Below the pieces are notes generated by a model, which saw only the letters and a list, made by a program, of their open reading frames with translations, made no database searches and was not told the DNA's origin. Positions 40,528 through 47,227 of a stretch of DNA of 64,000 bases are shown here, one piece after another. Within the stretch, counting starts at the first letter, position 1, and each line of letters opens with the position of its first letter. Where the stretch lies: the IMG/VR virus record IMGVR_UViG_3300028654_000001, positions 434,001-498,000 of that record. One strand, given 5' to 3'. A program made the translations under genes and the position numbers.

Positions 40528-40588
40528 TATTCAGAGTGTAGCTCAGATTAGTAAAGGTACCAGATTGAGCTATACCCTGATGAAAGTT

Positions 40589-40748
40589 GGCCGCTACTGG
40601 CGGGTTTCCCCGGCCAGTTACCAGAGCTTGCCTCTATCCGCTGCTTGCAACGGGGTCTACGGCAAGATGCCCAAGCCCGCGGTCTTTGCCAGGCTTGGAG
40701 ATTCAGCTAGCCCGGTCCTTGTAGAGGCCCGGATGATCATTGCTAGCC
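40589..40748 (-). ncRNA. Unclassified GC-rich multi-hairpin RNA
   Basis: Intergenic, GGCTAGC/GCGGCC ends, several stems including CGGG-GAAA-CCCG. Confidence 0.4.
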
Positions 40749-41111
40749 TTATGAAAGTTCTTTGGAATCGTGTAGTCGACGCATCTGAATCTCGGCAGTA
40801 TTCAGGGCGGCTTGGTAAACTGTGGATTCCCAGGGACTCAAGGACGCTTTATTTGGCTTGAACAAAGCCTTCTTCAAGAAGATCCCATCCATGCGGCCAC
40901 ATCTCTTGAGCTCGATTGGATTATCGATGATGAGGCCCAGAATGCCCATCGAGGCGTCCGAGGCCCCGCACCAAGAGTCATCCCCACTGTTATTGAAGAT
41001 GGCCCCAGAGAGGGCTATCTTACCGCACTGGAGGATGGTCAGGTGCCTCACCACAGGGGCGGGCATCCTAGCCAGGGTATCACCGATGAGGGTTCCTCGT
41101 TTGAGTGACAT
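40749..41111 (-). CDS. Hypothetical protein
   Basis: ATG 41111 after GGTGTATTAT. Confidence 0.6.
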   Translation of the reverse strand: MSLKRGTLIGDTLARMPAPVVRHLTILQCGKIALSGAIFNNSGDDSWCGASDASMGILGLIIDNPIELKRCGRMDGIFLKKALFKPNKASLSPWESTVYQAALNTAEIQMRRLHDSKELS

Positions 41112-41128
41112 GCTGAATAATACACCAG

Positions 41129-41202
41129 TCAGGGTAAATGGACTCGAACCATCGACCTCTTGCTCCCCGAGCAAGCGCTCTACCAAACTGAGCTACACCC
41201 TG
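41129..41202 (-). tRNA. tRNA-Pro(GGG)
   Basis: TC GGG GA. Confidence 0.88.
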
Positions 41203-41205
41203 ATA

Positions 41206-41349
41206 GTCACGAAGACAAGAATTCGAAAGAGAAACGTACGGCGTCTTGACCGCTAGACGACCCCCGCATAGGCTTGAGCGGAGGGAGGGATTCGAACCCC
41301 CGATATCCGGCTTGGATGGCAATGTACTCCTTCAGGCATTCTTCGTGGT
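41206..41349 (-). ncRNA. Y RNA-like gene with permuted tRNA domain
   Basis: CACGAAGAAUGC...GGAGUACAUU...CUUGUCUUCGUG; T arm, closed acceptor, D arm. Confidence 0.78.
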
Positions 41350-41955
41350 GGTTGGAGGCGGAGTTGAACCGCCGACACCTTGATTTTCAGTCAAGTGCTC
41401 TACCGACTGAGCTATCCAACCGTTAGGCAAATCAAAGTCAAGAAGATCTCCTTCATACCTCTCTGCCTCAGCAATAAGCAATGAGTCCTCTCTGGTTGAA
41501 TGCTCTATTCTGTGGCAACAAGAGCAGAGCAACTCACACTTCTCAAGTTCTTTCTTCAGTACACTCCAACTCTTGTTAGCTAAACCACCAAAGTTGAAGT
41601 CCTTATCACGTAGGTGGTGGAACTCAAAGGCTGACTGATGCCCAGACCACCCACACCTAATACATTTCCCACCCAGCATCTTGATCCCAGTAGCTTTAGC
41701 TCGATATCTACGGATCTTGGTGTTGCAAGAGTTGCATCTACGTCTACGACTACTCCCATTAAGTCTACCGCAAATCACACATGAGTCATACGTTGGTGAT
41801 TGAATCAACTCGACCCTAAGACCTGACTTGAATGGGACACAAGTAAGGCAAGCTCTTCTCCTGTTGAGAACCCTAATGGTACCATCAACAATGACCCGAT
41901 TAGGGAAGTTTACCTTGCATACTCGACAGGTAGGCATACCAAAAATATAGCACAA
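41332..41955 (-). CDS. HNH endonuclease reading through tRNA-Phe
   Basis: GGKCIRCG, FEFHH, KCELLCSCCH. Confidence 0.85.
   Translation of the reverse strand: MCYIFGMPTCRVCKVNFPNRVIVDGTIRVLNRRRACLTCVPFKSGLRVELIQSPTYDSCVICGRLNGSSRRRRCNSCNTKIRRYRAKATGIKMLGGKCIRCGWSGHQSAFEFHHLRDKDFNFGGLANKSWSVLKKELEKCELLCSCCHRIEHSTREDSLLIAEAERYEGDLLDFDLPNGWIAQSVEHLTENQGVGGSTPPPTTTKNA
41346..41421 (-). tRNA. tRNA-Phe(GAA)
   Basis: Cloverleaf, CCA. Confidence 0.92.
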
Positions 41956-41956
41956 T

Positions 41957-42042
41957 TGGTATCGGAGGAGGGACTCGAACCCTCAAGGGATTTCTCCCAG
42001 CAGTATTTGAAGCTGCCGCGTTTGCCTTTTCGCCACTCCGGC
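41957..42042 (-). tRNA. tRNA-Leu(CAA)
   Basis: Class II, CCA. Confidence 0.88.
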
Positions 42043-42048
42043 ATGTAG

Positions 42049-42130
42049 TACCCAAGGAGAGACTTGAACTCTCACGTCACAAGGACCACCGGTTCTGAGC
42101 CGGCGCTGTACGCCATTCCAGCACTTGGGC
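42049..42130 (-). tRNA. tRNA-Leu(CAG)
   Basis: Class II. Confidence 0.88.
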
Positions 42131-42132
42131 AT

Positions 42133-42205
42133 GGACCAGAGACAAGAAGTGCAGAGAGGGTGTTTTCTCCAATTGAATTGTACTCCCCACGAGCATTCTC
42201 TGGTT
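42133..42205 (-). ncRNA. Minimal Y RNA-like gene
   Basis: ACCAGAGAAUGC...GGAGUACAAU...CUUGUCUCUGGU. Confidence 0.72.
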
Positions 42206-42280
42206 TGGTCGGCCGAGGTGGACTTGAACCACCGTTACACGCGTATCAGGCGTAGATCCTAACCATTAGAAGACCGGCCG
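42206..42280 (-). tRNA. tRNA-Ile(GAT)
   Basis: tacgc-CT GAT AC-gcgtg, CCA; Gln/Glu-like D arm. Confidence 0.8.
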
Positions 42281-42664
42281 TCGTCGCATCCCATTGGTTC
42301 GATACCTGTGACAGAGAGCGCAAACAAGCTCACACTTGGCGATCTCCTCAAGTAATCTTTCAACGGAGGTGCATTTTGAATTTGCACGAGCTATCTCAAA
42401 AGACTTTGTTGTTGGGTCAAGATGATCAAAGTCCATAGCCCAGTAAGGGTGTGGCTCTCCACAATCTGTACAAGGCTTGCCACTCTTGGCCTCCTGGATG
42501 ACCCTCTTGATTTCAGCTCTGATCTTTACCTTATCCTTTCTAACTCTGGCACATTGACACAACTTGCAGTACCCCATGAGGTACTTACCCCTCCCGTGAA
42601 ACTCACGTTCGGACTTAGTTTGAGTGCAAGCCGGGCAATACTTGGTGCGCTTAGCTTTCGGTAT
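42266..42664 (-). CDS. HNH endonuclease ending inside tRNA-Ile; frame extends upstream to an ATA
   Basis: KYCPAC...YCKLC, PCTDCG, MDFDHLDP, KCELVCALCH. Confidence 0.75.
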   Translation of the reverse strand: MPKAKRTKYCPACTQTKSEREFHGRGKYLMGYCKLCQCARVRKDKVKIRAEIKRVIQEAKSGKPCTDCGEPHPYWAMDFDHLDPTTKSFEIARANSKCTSVERLLEEIAKCELVCALCHRYRTNGMRRRPVF

Positions 42665-42702
42665 ACTGGTGATAACTACACCAATGAGTTATCACCGAAA
42701 GT

Positions 42703-42842
42703 GAGCGAAGACAAGAGAGTGAAAGACAAGGGAACCCTTCTAAATACCACTCGTGAAGCTTTCACTTCACGGCAGGATCTGCCCCTGCAAAGCTCCCGGG
42801 CGTAAGCCCCCGGATAATGAAGTCCTTCTTGCATTCTTCGCT
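42703..42842 (-). ncRNA. Y RNA-like gene with three-hairpin domain
   Basis: GCGAAGAAUGC...GGACUUCAUU...CUUGUCUUCGC. Confidence 0.72.
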
Positions 42843-42929
42843 TGGTAGCCCCTCCCGGACTCGAACCGGGACGTCACGAAGGACAGGAGGGTTTAAGCCT
42901 CCCCCGTCTGCCAGTTCCAGCAAGGAGCC
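42843..42929 (-). tRNA. tRNA-Leu(TAA)
   Basis: Class II, CCA. Confidence 0.88.
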
Positions 42930-42932
42930 ATG

Positions 42933-43121
42933 TTAGTCTTTGGTCTTCCAGATCTCGTCTGTAATTGGAGGGAGCAGCTCGCCAGCCTCAAGGGCTCTTC
43001 GACGGTCTTCCTCCATACGAATCTTCATCTCTTCATAACGGAGGCGATCCTCCTCCGTCTCCTCGGGCTCTGGGATGATCCCACCCTCTTCAGCTATCAC
43101 CCTAGTCTGAACTATAACCAT
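42933..43121 (-). CDS. Small acidic hypothetical protein
   Basis: Co-oriented ORF. Confidence 0.45.
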   Translation of the reverse strand: MVIVQTRVIAEEGGIIPEPEETEEDRLRYEEMKIRMEEDRRRALEAGELLPPITDEIWKTKD

Positions 43122-43290
43122 CGGAGGCCCAACCCTTCCCTTGAAGTTGAAAACCTGTGCCGCCGCTTATGAGCCTCTTGGCTTCTGGCTTGTCGCACTT
43201 GGGGCAATCCGTCAACGGAGGCTCCGTAATCTTCTGGTCAGCCTCCCAGGTGTGTTGGCAGGCCTTGCATTGGTACTCGTAAGTCGGCAC
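43102..43290 (-). CDS. FmdB-family zinc-ribbon protein
   Basis: PTYEYQCKAC...CPKC...RLIS...FQLQGKGW...Y from GTG 43290. Confidence 0.85.
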   Translation of the reverse strand: MPTYEYQCKACQHTWEADQKITEPPLTDCPKCDKPEAKRLISGGTGFQLQGKGWASDGYSSD

Positions 43291-43300
43291 TTGATTACCC

Positions 43301-43762
43301 TTAGGATGGCATTGGGCCTGGGCCAATGTTGACTTCGTGTTTGACCCGGGTGAACCTATCGAACAGCGGCTTACCACCAAGGAGTTTGATGAGTCGGCAC
43401 CGGGTCTTGAAGATGATCCTATGAAGACGGTTTGGATCTGGAGGTGGTGGTGGCTCATACTTGTGCCAATGATTTCTTGCAGAACTCAAAGATGCTATTA
43501 GACATTGAACACCACCAGGGTCAGGTATCGCATCCGGGTACCCAGCTTCGACCTTGGTAGTACTAATCACCGAGGTTCCCCAAAGGTGCCCTACTAAATT
43601 ACCACCCCACTCTGGTCTGGGTTCTGACTTACCAAGTAACTCATAGTCACCATGAGCAGCAAGAACTGGTACATCTTCTGGGTGAACAAGAAGTACTGCT
43701 ACTCGCAGATCTTCACATTCAACCCTAGACAAGGTATCAGAAACATCATGAAGCGTGATCAT
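43301..43762 (-). CDS. Hypothetical protein
   Basis: ATG 43762 after GGTGTA; GHLWGT segment similar to GLLWST in 28580-29089. Confidence 0.6.
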   Translation of the reverse strand: MITLHDVSDTLSRVECEDLRVAVLLVHPEDVPVLAAHGDYELLGKSEPRPEWGGNLVGHLWGTSVISTTKVEAGYPDAIPDPGGVQCLIASLSSARNHWHKYEPPPPPDPNRLHRIIFKTRCRLIKLLGGKPLFDRFTRVKHEVNIGPGPMPS

Positions 43763-43781
43763 AAAGATCACTACACCGAAG

Positions 43782-44291
43782 CTATCGAATACTAGAACCA
43801 AGGAACCTGAACGCCACCCGTGTTTCAACAGAAGCCTCTTTGGCCTTCTGCACGAATTGACGCATCTTTCCCTTGAGGATATCTATGTCGTCTTGAGTAG
43901 CTGGACGTCCAAGTTGAGTACTCAGAGCCTTACTCCACTGTTGAACGAATGGATCCTTGGGGTCAGGCTTCGGAGCATCCTTGGGCTTCTTATCGAAGAC
44001 TGGGGCATCTTTGGCCTTCTCCTTTTGGACAAACTGCTTCATCTGTCCTTTGAGAATGTCGATATCGGCCTCCGTTGCAGGCCTACCAAGATTATCACTA
44101 AGCGCCTTCTGCCACTGATTCTTAAAGTGGTCATCCTTGCCACCTTCAGACTTAGGAGCTGGAGGCTTACCCTTGTTCTCAACCACCCGGTGCTTGTGCT
44201 TGTCAGCTTTCGGGTGAGCTTTCAGATAGGTATCCAAAGCCTCTTGAGTTGGGAACTCCTTAGCAAGTTTGGTATCTTCCATAATGACCAC
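43782..44291 (-). CDS. Hypothetical protein with internal ~35-aa duplication
   Basis: QW.KALS..LGRPAT..DIDILKG.M.QFVQK occurs twice. Confidence 0.7.
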   Translation of the reverse strand: MVIMEDTKLAKEFPTQEALDTYLKAHPKADKHKHRVVENKGKPPAPKSEGGKDDHFKNQWQKALSDNLGRPATEADIDILKGQMKQFVQKEKAKDAPVFDKKPKDAPKPDPKDPFVQQWSKALSTQLGRPATQDDIDILKGKMRQFVQKAKEASVETRVAFRFLGSSIR

Positions 44292-44338
44292 ACTCAGGAC
44301 AAGAATAAGAACTATACCGTGATCTCAAAGAAGAGTTT

Positions 44339-44412
44339 TGGTGACCCCACCGGAATTTGAATCCGGACCACGGCCTTGAAAGGGCCGTCACCTACCGTTA
44401 GTGTATGGGGCC
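44339..44412 (-). tRNA. tRNA-Glu(TTC)
   Basis: CT TTC AA, CCA. Confidence 0.85.
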
Positions 44413-44417
44413 GTTAG

Positions 44418-44492
44418 CGTCCCTGAGGGGCGATGATCCCCTTTCAGCAGCTTGAGAGGCTACTATCCTAACCAAACGTAGACGACAGGGAC
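44418..44492 (-). tRNA. tRNA-Glu(CTC)
   Basis: CT CTC AA; atypical T loop. Confidence 0.8.
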
Positions 44493-44498
44493 ATGATA

Positions 44499-44565
44499 GG
44501 TGAGACAAGGGACAAACTAGAGAGGTTCAATTATCGAGATTGTACTCCAGTTCAGCATTCTCACC
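44499..44565 (-). ncRNA. Minimal Y RNA-like gene
   Basis: GGUGAGAAUGC...GGAGUACAAUC...CUUGUCUCACC. Confidence 0.72.
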
Positions 44566-44567
44566 GG

Positions 44568-44651
44568 CGGAAGGAGCGGGATTCGAACTCGCAGAGCTGT
44601 TACGCTCGATTGTTTTCAGGACAATTCCCCTCACCAATAGGGAGCCCTTCC
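44568..44651 (-). tRNA. tRNA-Ser(TGA)
   Basis: Class II, CC TGA AA. Confidence 0.82.
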
Positions 44652-44662
44652 GTAAAGTAGAG

Positions 44663-44739
44663 TGGATGCAGGAATTGGATTTGAACCAATGACCTCCAGC
44701 TTATGAGGCTGGCAAGCTACCGGGCTGCTCTATCCTGCG
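44663..44739 (-). tRNA. tRNA-Met(CAT), initiator-like acceptor (C1:A72)
   Basis: fMet-like D arm; lacks the 3 G-C anticodon-stem pairs. Confidence 0.85.
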
Positions 44740-44740
44740 G

Positions 44741-44812
44741 AGCTGATGAGGGGACTTGAACCCGCAACCGCTGGTTTACGAAACCAGTGCTCTACCATTG
44801 AGCTACATCAGC
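44741..44812 (-). tRNA. tRNA-Thr(CGT)
   Basis: Cloverleaf. Confidence 0.9.
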
Positions 44813-44894
44813 ATGGGGCACTCCCGGCTGTGCCAGGCGCCCAGGGGATCTCTACTTCCCCCACTCGTCTCCCGTAGAGATGAGGAAAACGAGT

Positions 44895-44972
44895 TGGTTG
44901 CGGAGCCTTGGATTTGAACCAAGAACCTTCGGGTTATGAGCCCGACGCGCTACCGGGTTGCGCCAGCCCGCA
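44895..44972 (-). tRNA. tRNA-fMet(CAT)
   Basis: tcGGG-CT CAT AA-CCCga, CCA. Confidence 0.85.
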
Positions 44973-45016
44973 ATGCTGACCCTACCAGAGTGACTTGGAA
45001 GGGTCAAGAGACTTTG

Positions 45017-45089
45017 CTCCAGAGAAGGGACTCGAACCCCTAACACCGCGGTTAACAGCCGCGTGCTCTACCAATTGAGCTACACTGGA
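45017..45089 (-). tRNA. tRNA-Asn(GTT)
   Basis: Cloverleaf, G73. Confidence 0.9.
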
Positions 45090-45355
45090 ATATGGAGGCT
45101 GTTTCAAGCCTCCCCCGACACGAGTTGGTGCTCGCGCCGTCGGCACTGTGCTTGCCCCTACGGGGCTTGCCAATGCCTTACTTCATTACGGTCAGGAATG
45201 AACAACTACCCCACAGGCACGGTCGCTGCAGCCCTCGGTTTACTTGAGGTCGATCACGGCACGTCTGCTACCCTGGCCCACAACAGACCAGTAGAATCAG
45301 AATTCATTCACTGTTTAGATTGTCAAGGATCTAGAAAGCAAGGTGCCTTCTTGAT

Positions 45356-45430
45356 TGGTTCCGACACCTGGACTCGAACCAGGATAACGGGATTCAAAGT
45401 CCCGTGCCCTAACCATTGGACGATATCGGA
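45356..45430 (-). tRNA. tRNA-Gln(TTG)
   Basis: Cloverleaf, CCA. Confidence 0.9.
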
Positions 45431-45442
45431 TCAATTACTTAG

Positions 45443-45513
45443 TGGGACATCACAGATTCGAACTGAAATCTACGGTTTAAGAGACCGCTGCTCTACCATT
45501 GAGCTAATATCCC
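45443..45513 (-). tRNA. tRNA-Lys(CTT)
   Basis: CT CTT AA. Confidence 0.9.
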
Positions 45514-45519
45514 ATTGAG

Positions 45520-45593
45520 TGGTAGAGGCAGAGAGATTCGAACTCACATTAACGGGTTAAAAGCCCGCTGGTCTACCGTTGACCTATACCTCC
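45520..45593 (-). tRNA. tRNA-Lys(TTT)
   Basis: CT TTT AA, CCA. Confidence 0.88.
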
Positions 45594-45659
45594 ATATCGT
45601 TTTGGCCCGTCTTCCACGGGCTTGTTCTTGCGTTTCATTCTGGCCTTCTTCTTTCTCAT
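45573..45659 (-). CDS. Lys-rich mini-ORF MRKKKARMKRKNKPVEDGPKRYGGIGQR* running into tRNA-Lys
   Basis: 7 Lys codons; weak SD. Confidence 0.45.
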   Translation of the reverse strand: MRKKKARMKRKNKPVEDGPKRYGGIGQR

Positions 45660-45676
45660 CTCATCTAGTGTCTTTG

Positions 45677-45759
45677 TGGGGCATGGTGGAGTTGAACCAC
45701 TTAACCTGAGGCGACAGTTTTACAGACTGCTACTACTTCCGCGTAGTTAATCACACCCC
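45677..45759 (-). tRNA. tRNA-Tyr(GTA)
   Basis: CT GTA AA, long variable arm. Confidence 0.8.
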
Positions 45760-45813
45760 ATAGAGATTGGGTCTAGCTGCGGTTACGAGTCGATAGCGAT
45801 CTGTGATTCCCAT
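45751..45813 (-). CDS. Mini-ORF MGITDRYRLVTAARPNLYGV* ending inside tRNA-Tyr
   Basis: AAAGGA close upstream; two TAT codons. Confidence 0.35.
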   Translation of the reverse strand: MGITDRYRLVTAARPNLYGV

Positions 45814-45930
45814 TGTCCTTTGCTTTCCTAACGAACTGACAAACCTATCCTGATGCCACTGTGTGTGGCAGACGAAACTCTAGTTTGCACACAGTCTCTG
45901 TGTGGTGTGTTTTATTGGAAAAAGAGCCCT

Positions 45931-46009
45931 AAAACGACTGAAGCCACCGTGGGTTCTCCCAGGGCGGCTTCTGTTTACGGACATTCCGTATGTTCAGTCT
46001 AGCCGCCCT
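45931..46009 (-). terminator. Attenuator: mutually exclusive antiterminator and terminator
   Basis: AGGGCGGCU (46009-46001) pairs with AGCCGCCCU, which is also the 5' arm of hairpin 45971-45940 followed by AGUCGUUUU. Confidence 0.7.
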
Positions 46010-46160
46010 ATTTTCCCACCTCTTCTGGACGCATTGTATGATAAGAGGTGGGTGCCCAAGGCTTTGCAATAAAAAGTCCACTATTACCCTGGGCGCACGT
46101 ATCCAATAGCGATAATCTCGCTGATTTGGATTGTGATATGAGCCTGGATAGAGAGGACAC
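46008..46160 (-). CDS. 50-aa leader peptide using all 20 amino acids and 41 distinct codons
   Basis: GTG start after AGGTAGGT; stop overlaps the antiterminator arm. Confidence 0.65.
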   Translation of the reverse strand: MSSLSRLISQSKSARLSLLDTCAQGNSGLFIAKPWAPTSYHTMRPEEVGK

Positions 46161-46206
46161 GTTTACCTACCTGTGGGGCACACCTAAACGATGCGCCAAC
46201 TCAAGA

Positions 46207-46235
46207 ACCATACACCGAAGGAACAAGGGGGTCAA
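46207..46235 (-). promoter_or_regulatory. Sigma70-like promoter at the head of the RNA array
   Basis: TTGACC-17bp-TATGGT. Confidence 0.7.
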
Positions 46236-46325
46236 GGGGGTCAAGCACTTTTTTGAAAATTCTTTTTTTTGACCACATGCCCGCCCCTCGGGGACAGAAA
46301 GTTCTTATCCAACTTCCTAGAAAGG

Positions 46326-46931
46326 ATGCTCACTCCGATCACACCCAAGACGGCTTCTGTAAAGGCTAGCTCAGAAAACACCAAGAAATTCAAAAGCTTG
46401 GTGTTCAATTCTGATTGGGACAAGTTCGTCGAAGAGTGGACACCCAAGATCTACTACTACCTTATAGGGGCTCTAGGCCCCTTTGGACGCGAACCTCTTC
46501 CCACAATCCTCCCCATGAGTGATGGTCCACACATGAGTGGGGCGACCGCCTCCTTCAACATGGATACGGGTCAGGTGAGGCTTTGTCCTTCTGTTGAGGG
46601 TAACCCAGGGCAAACTCTCGAGAAGCTTACTCATGAGTTTACACACGGAAGTTATGCTCTCTTTCCTTCCAATGACGAGTTCTATGACGAGGGTTATGTC
46701 GACTTCTCGACCTGGGTTTTAGTGCACGCACCTACCTATGGTGAATACCGACAACAAGCTATTGATGCTGCTGCTTACAATATCAAGATGCGCCGAGAGA
46801 GGGCAATGAAGAACCTCTCCAACTATGATCGGAAAAGGTGGGCAGGAGGGTGTTATGCCTCTATGTTCCTAGGGCCTATGATCCTACATCGAATGAGAAT
46901 GAAAAAGTCTGAGGGTGACTACACTTGGTAG
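46326..46931 (+). CDS. HExxH (zincin-like) protein
   Basis: LTHEFTH...DEG. Confidence 0.65.
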   Translation: MLTPITPKTASVKASSENTKKFKSLVFNSDWDKFVEEWTPKIYYYLIGALGPFGREPLPTILPMSDGPHMSGATASFNMDTGQVRLCPSVEGNPGQTLEKLTHEFTHGSYALFPSNDEFYDEGYVDFSTWVLVHAPTYGEYRQQAIDAAAYNIKMRRERAMKNLSNYDRKRWAGGCYASMFLGPMILHRMRMKKSEGDYTW

Positions 46932-46935
46932 TTCT

Positions 46936-47214
46936 ATGTCAAGTCTAACCATAATATCCAATGTTGTTAGAAGATATTCGAATAAGTCAAAGGATCAGGA
47001 CGAGGATTACATACCATTCGGCCCTGTTGCACGTGGAAAACTGAACAATCAAGCTCAATATGCCAGGCACTGGTTAAAAGACCCTGAAGTGAATGATGGT
47101 ATTCGATGGAGGGGTGACTTCTCTAATTACCATACCCTTGAGATTCACAGGGATGATGTAGAGGATCTAGTAAAACGAGTCAAAGATAAAGAGAAGGAAC
47201 GAGGGATTAGGTAG
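46936..47214 (+). CDS. Hypothetical protein with NVVRRY motif
   Basis: Follows the HExxH gene. Confidence 0.55.
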   Translation: MSSLTIISNVVRRYSNKSKDQDEDYIPFGPVARGKLNNQAQYARHWLKDPEVNDGIRWRGDFSNYHTLEIHRDDVEDLVKRVKDKEKERGIR

Positions 47215-47227
47215 TACCTAGGGTAGT

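Noticed and set aside
44568-44651. Selenocysteine or opal suppressor tRNA
   Set aside because: The anticodon is TGA (reads UCA, Ser), not TCA.
34739-45518. ORF-track proteins overlapping RNA genes (e.g. 45063-45518, 41080-41322, N-terminal extensions of 34739-35287 and 37501-38262)
   Set aside because: They are translations of tRNA or Y RNA sequence or antisense shadows; the real starts lie downstream of the RNA genes.
45848-45880. Hammerhead ribozyme (ctgatg...cgaaac)
   Set aside because: The core is CUGAUGC rather than CUGANGA, it is on the strand opposite the array, and flanking stems were not found.
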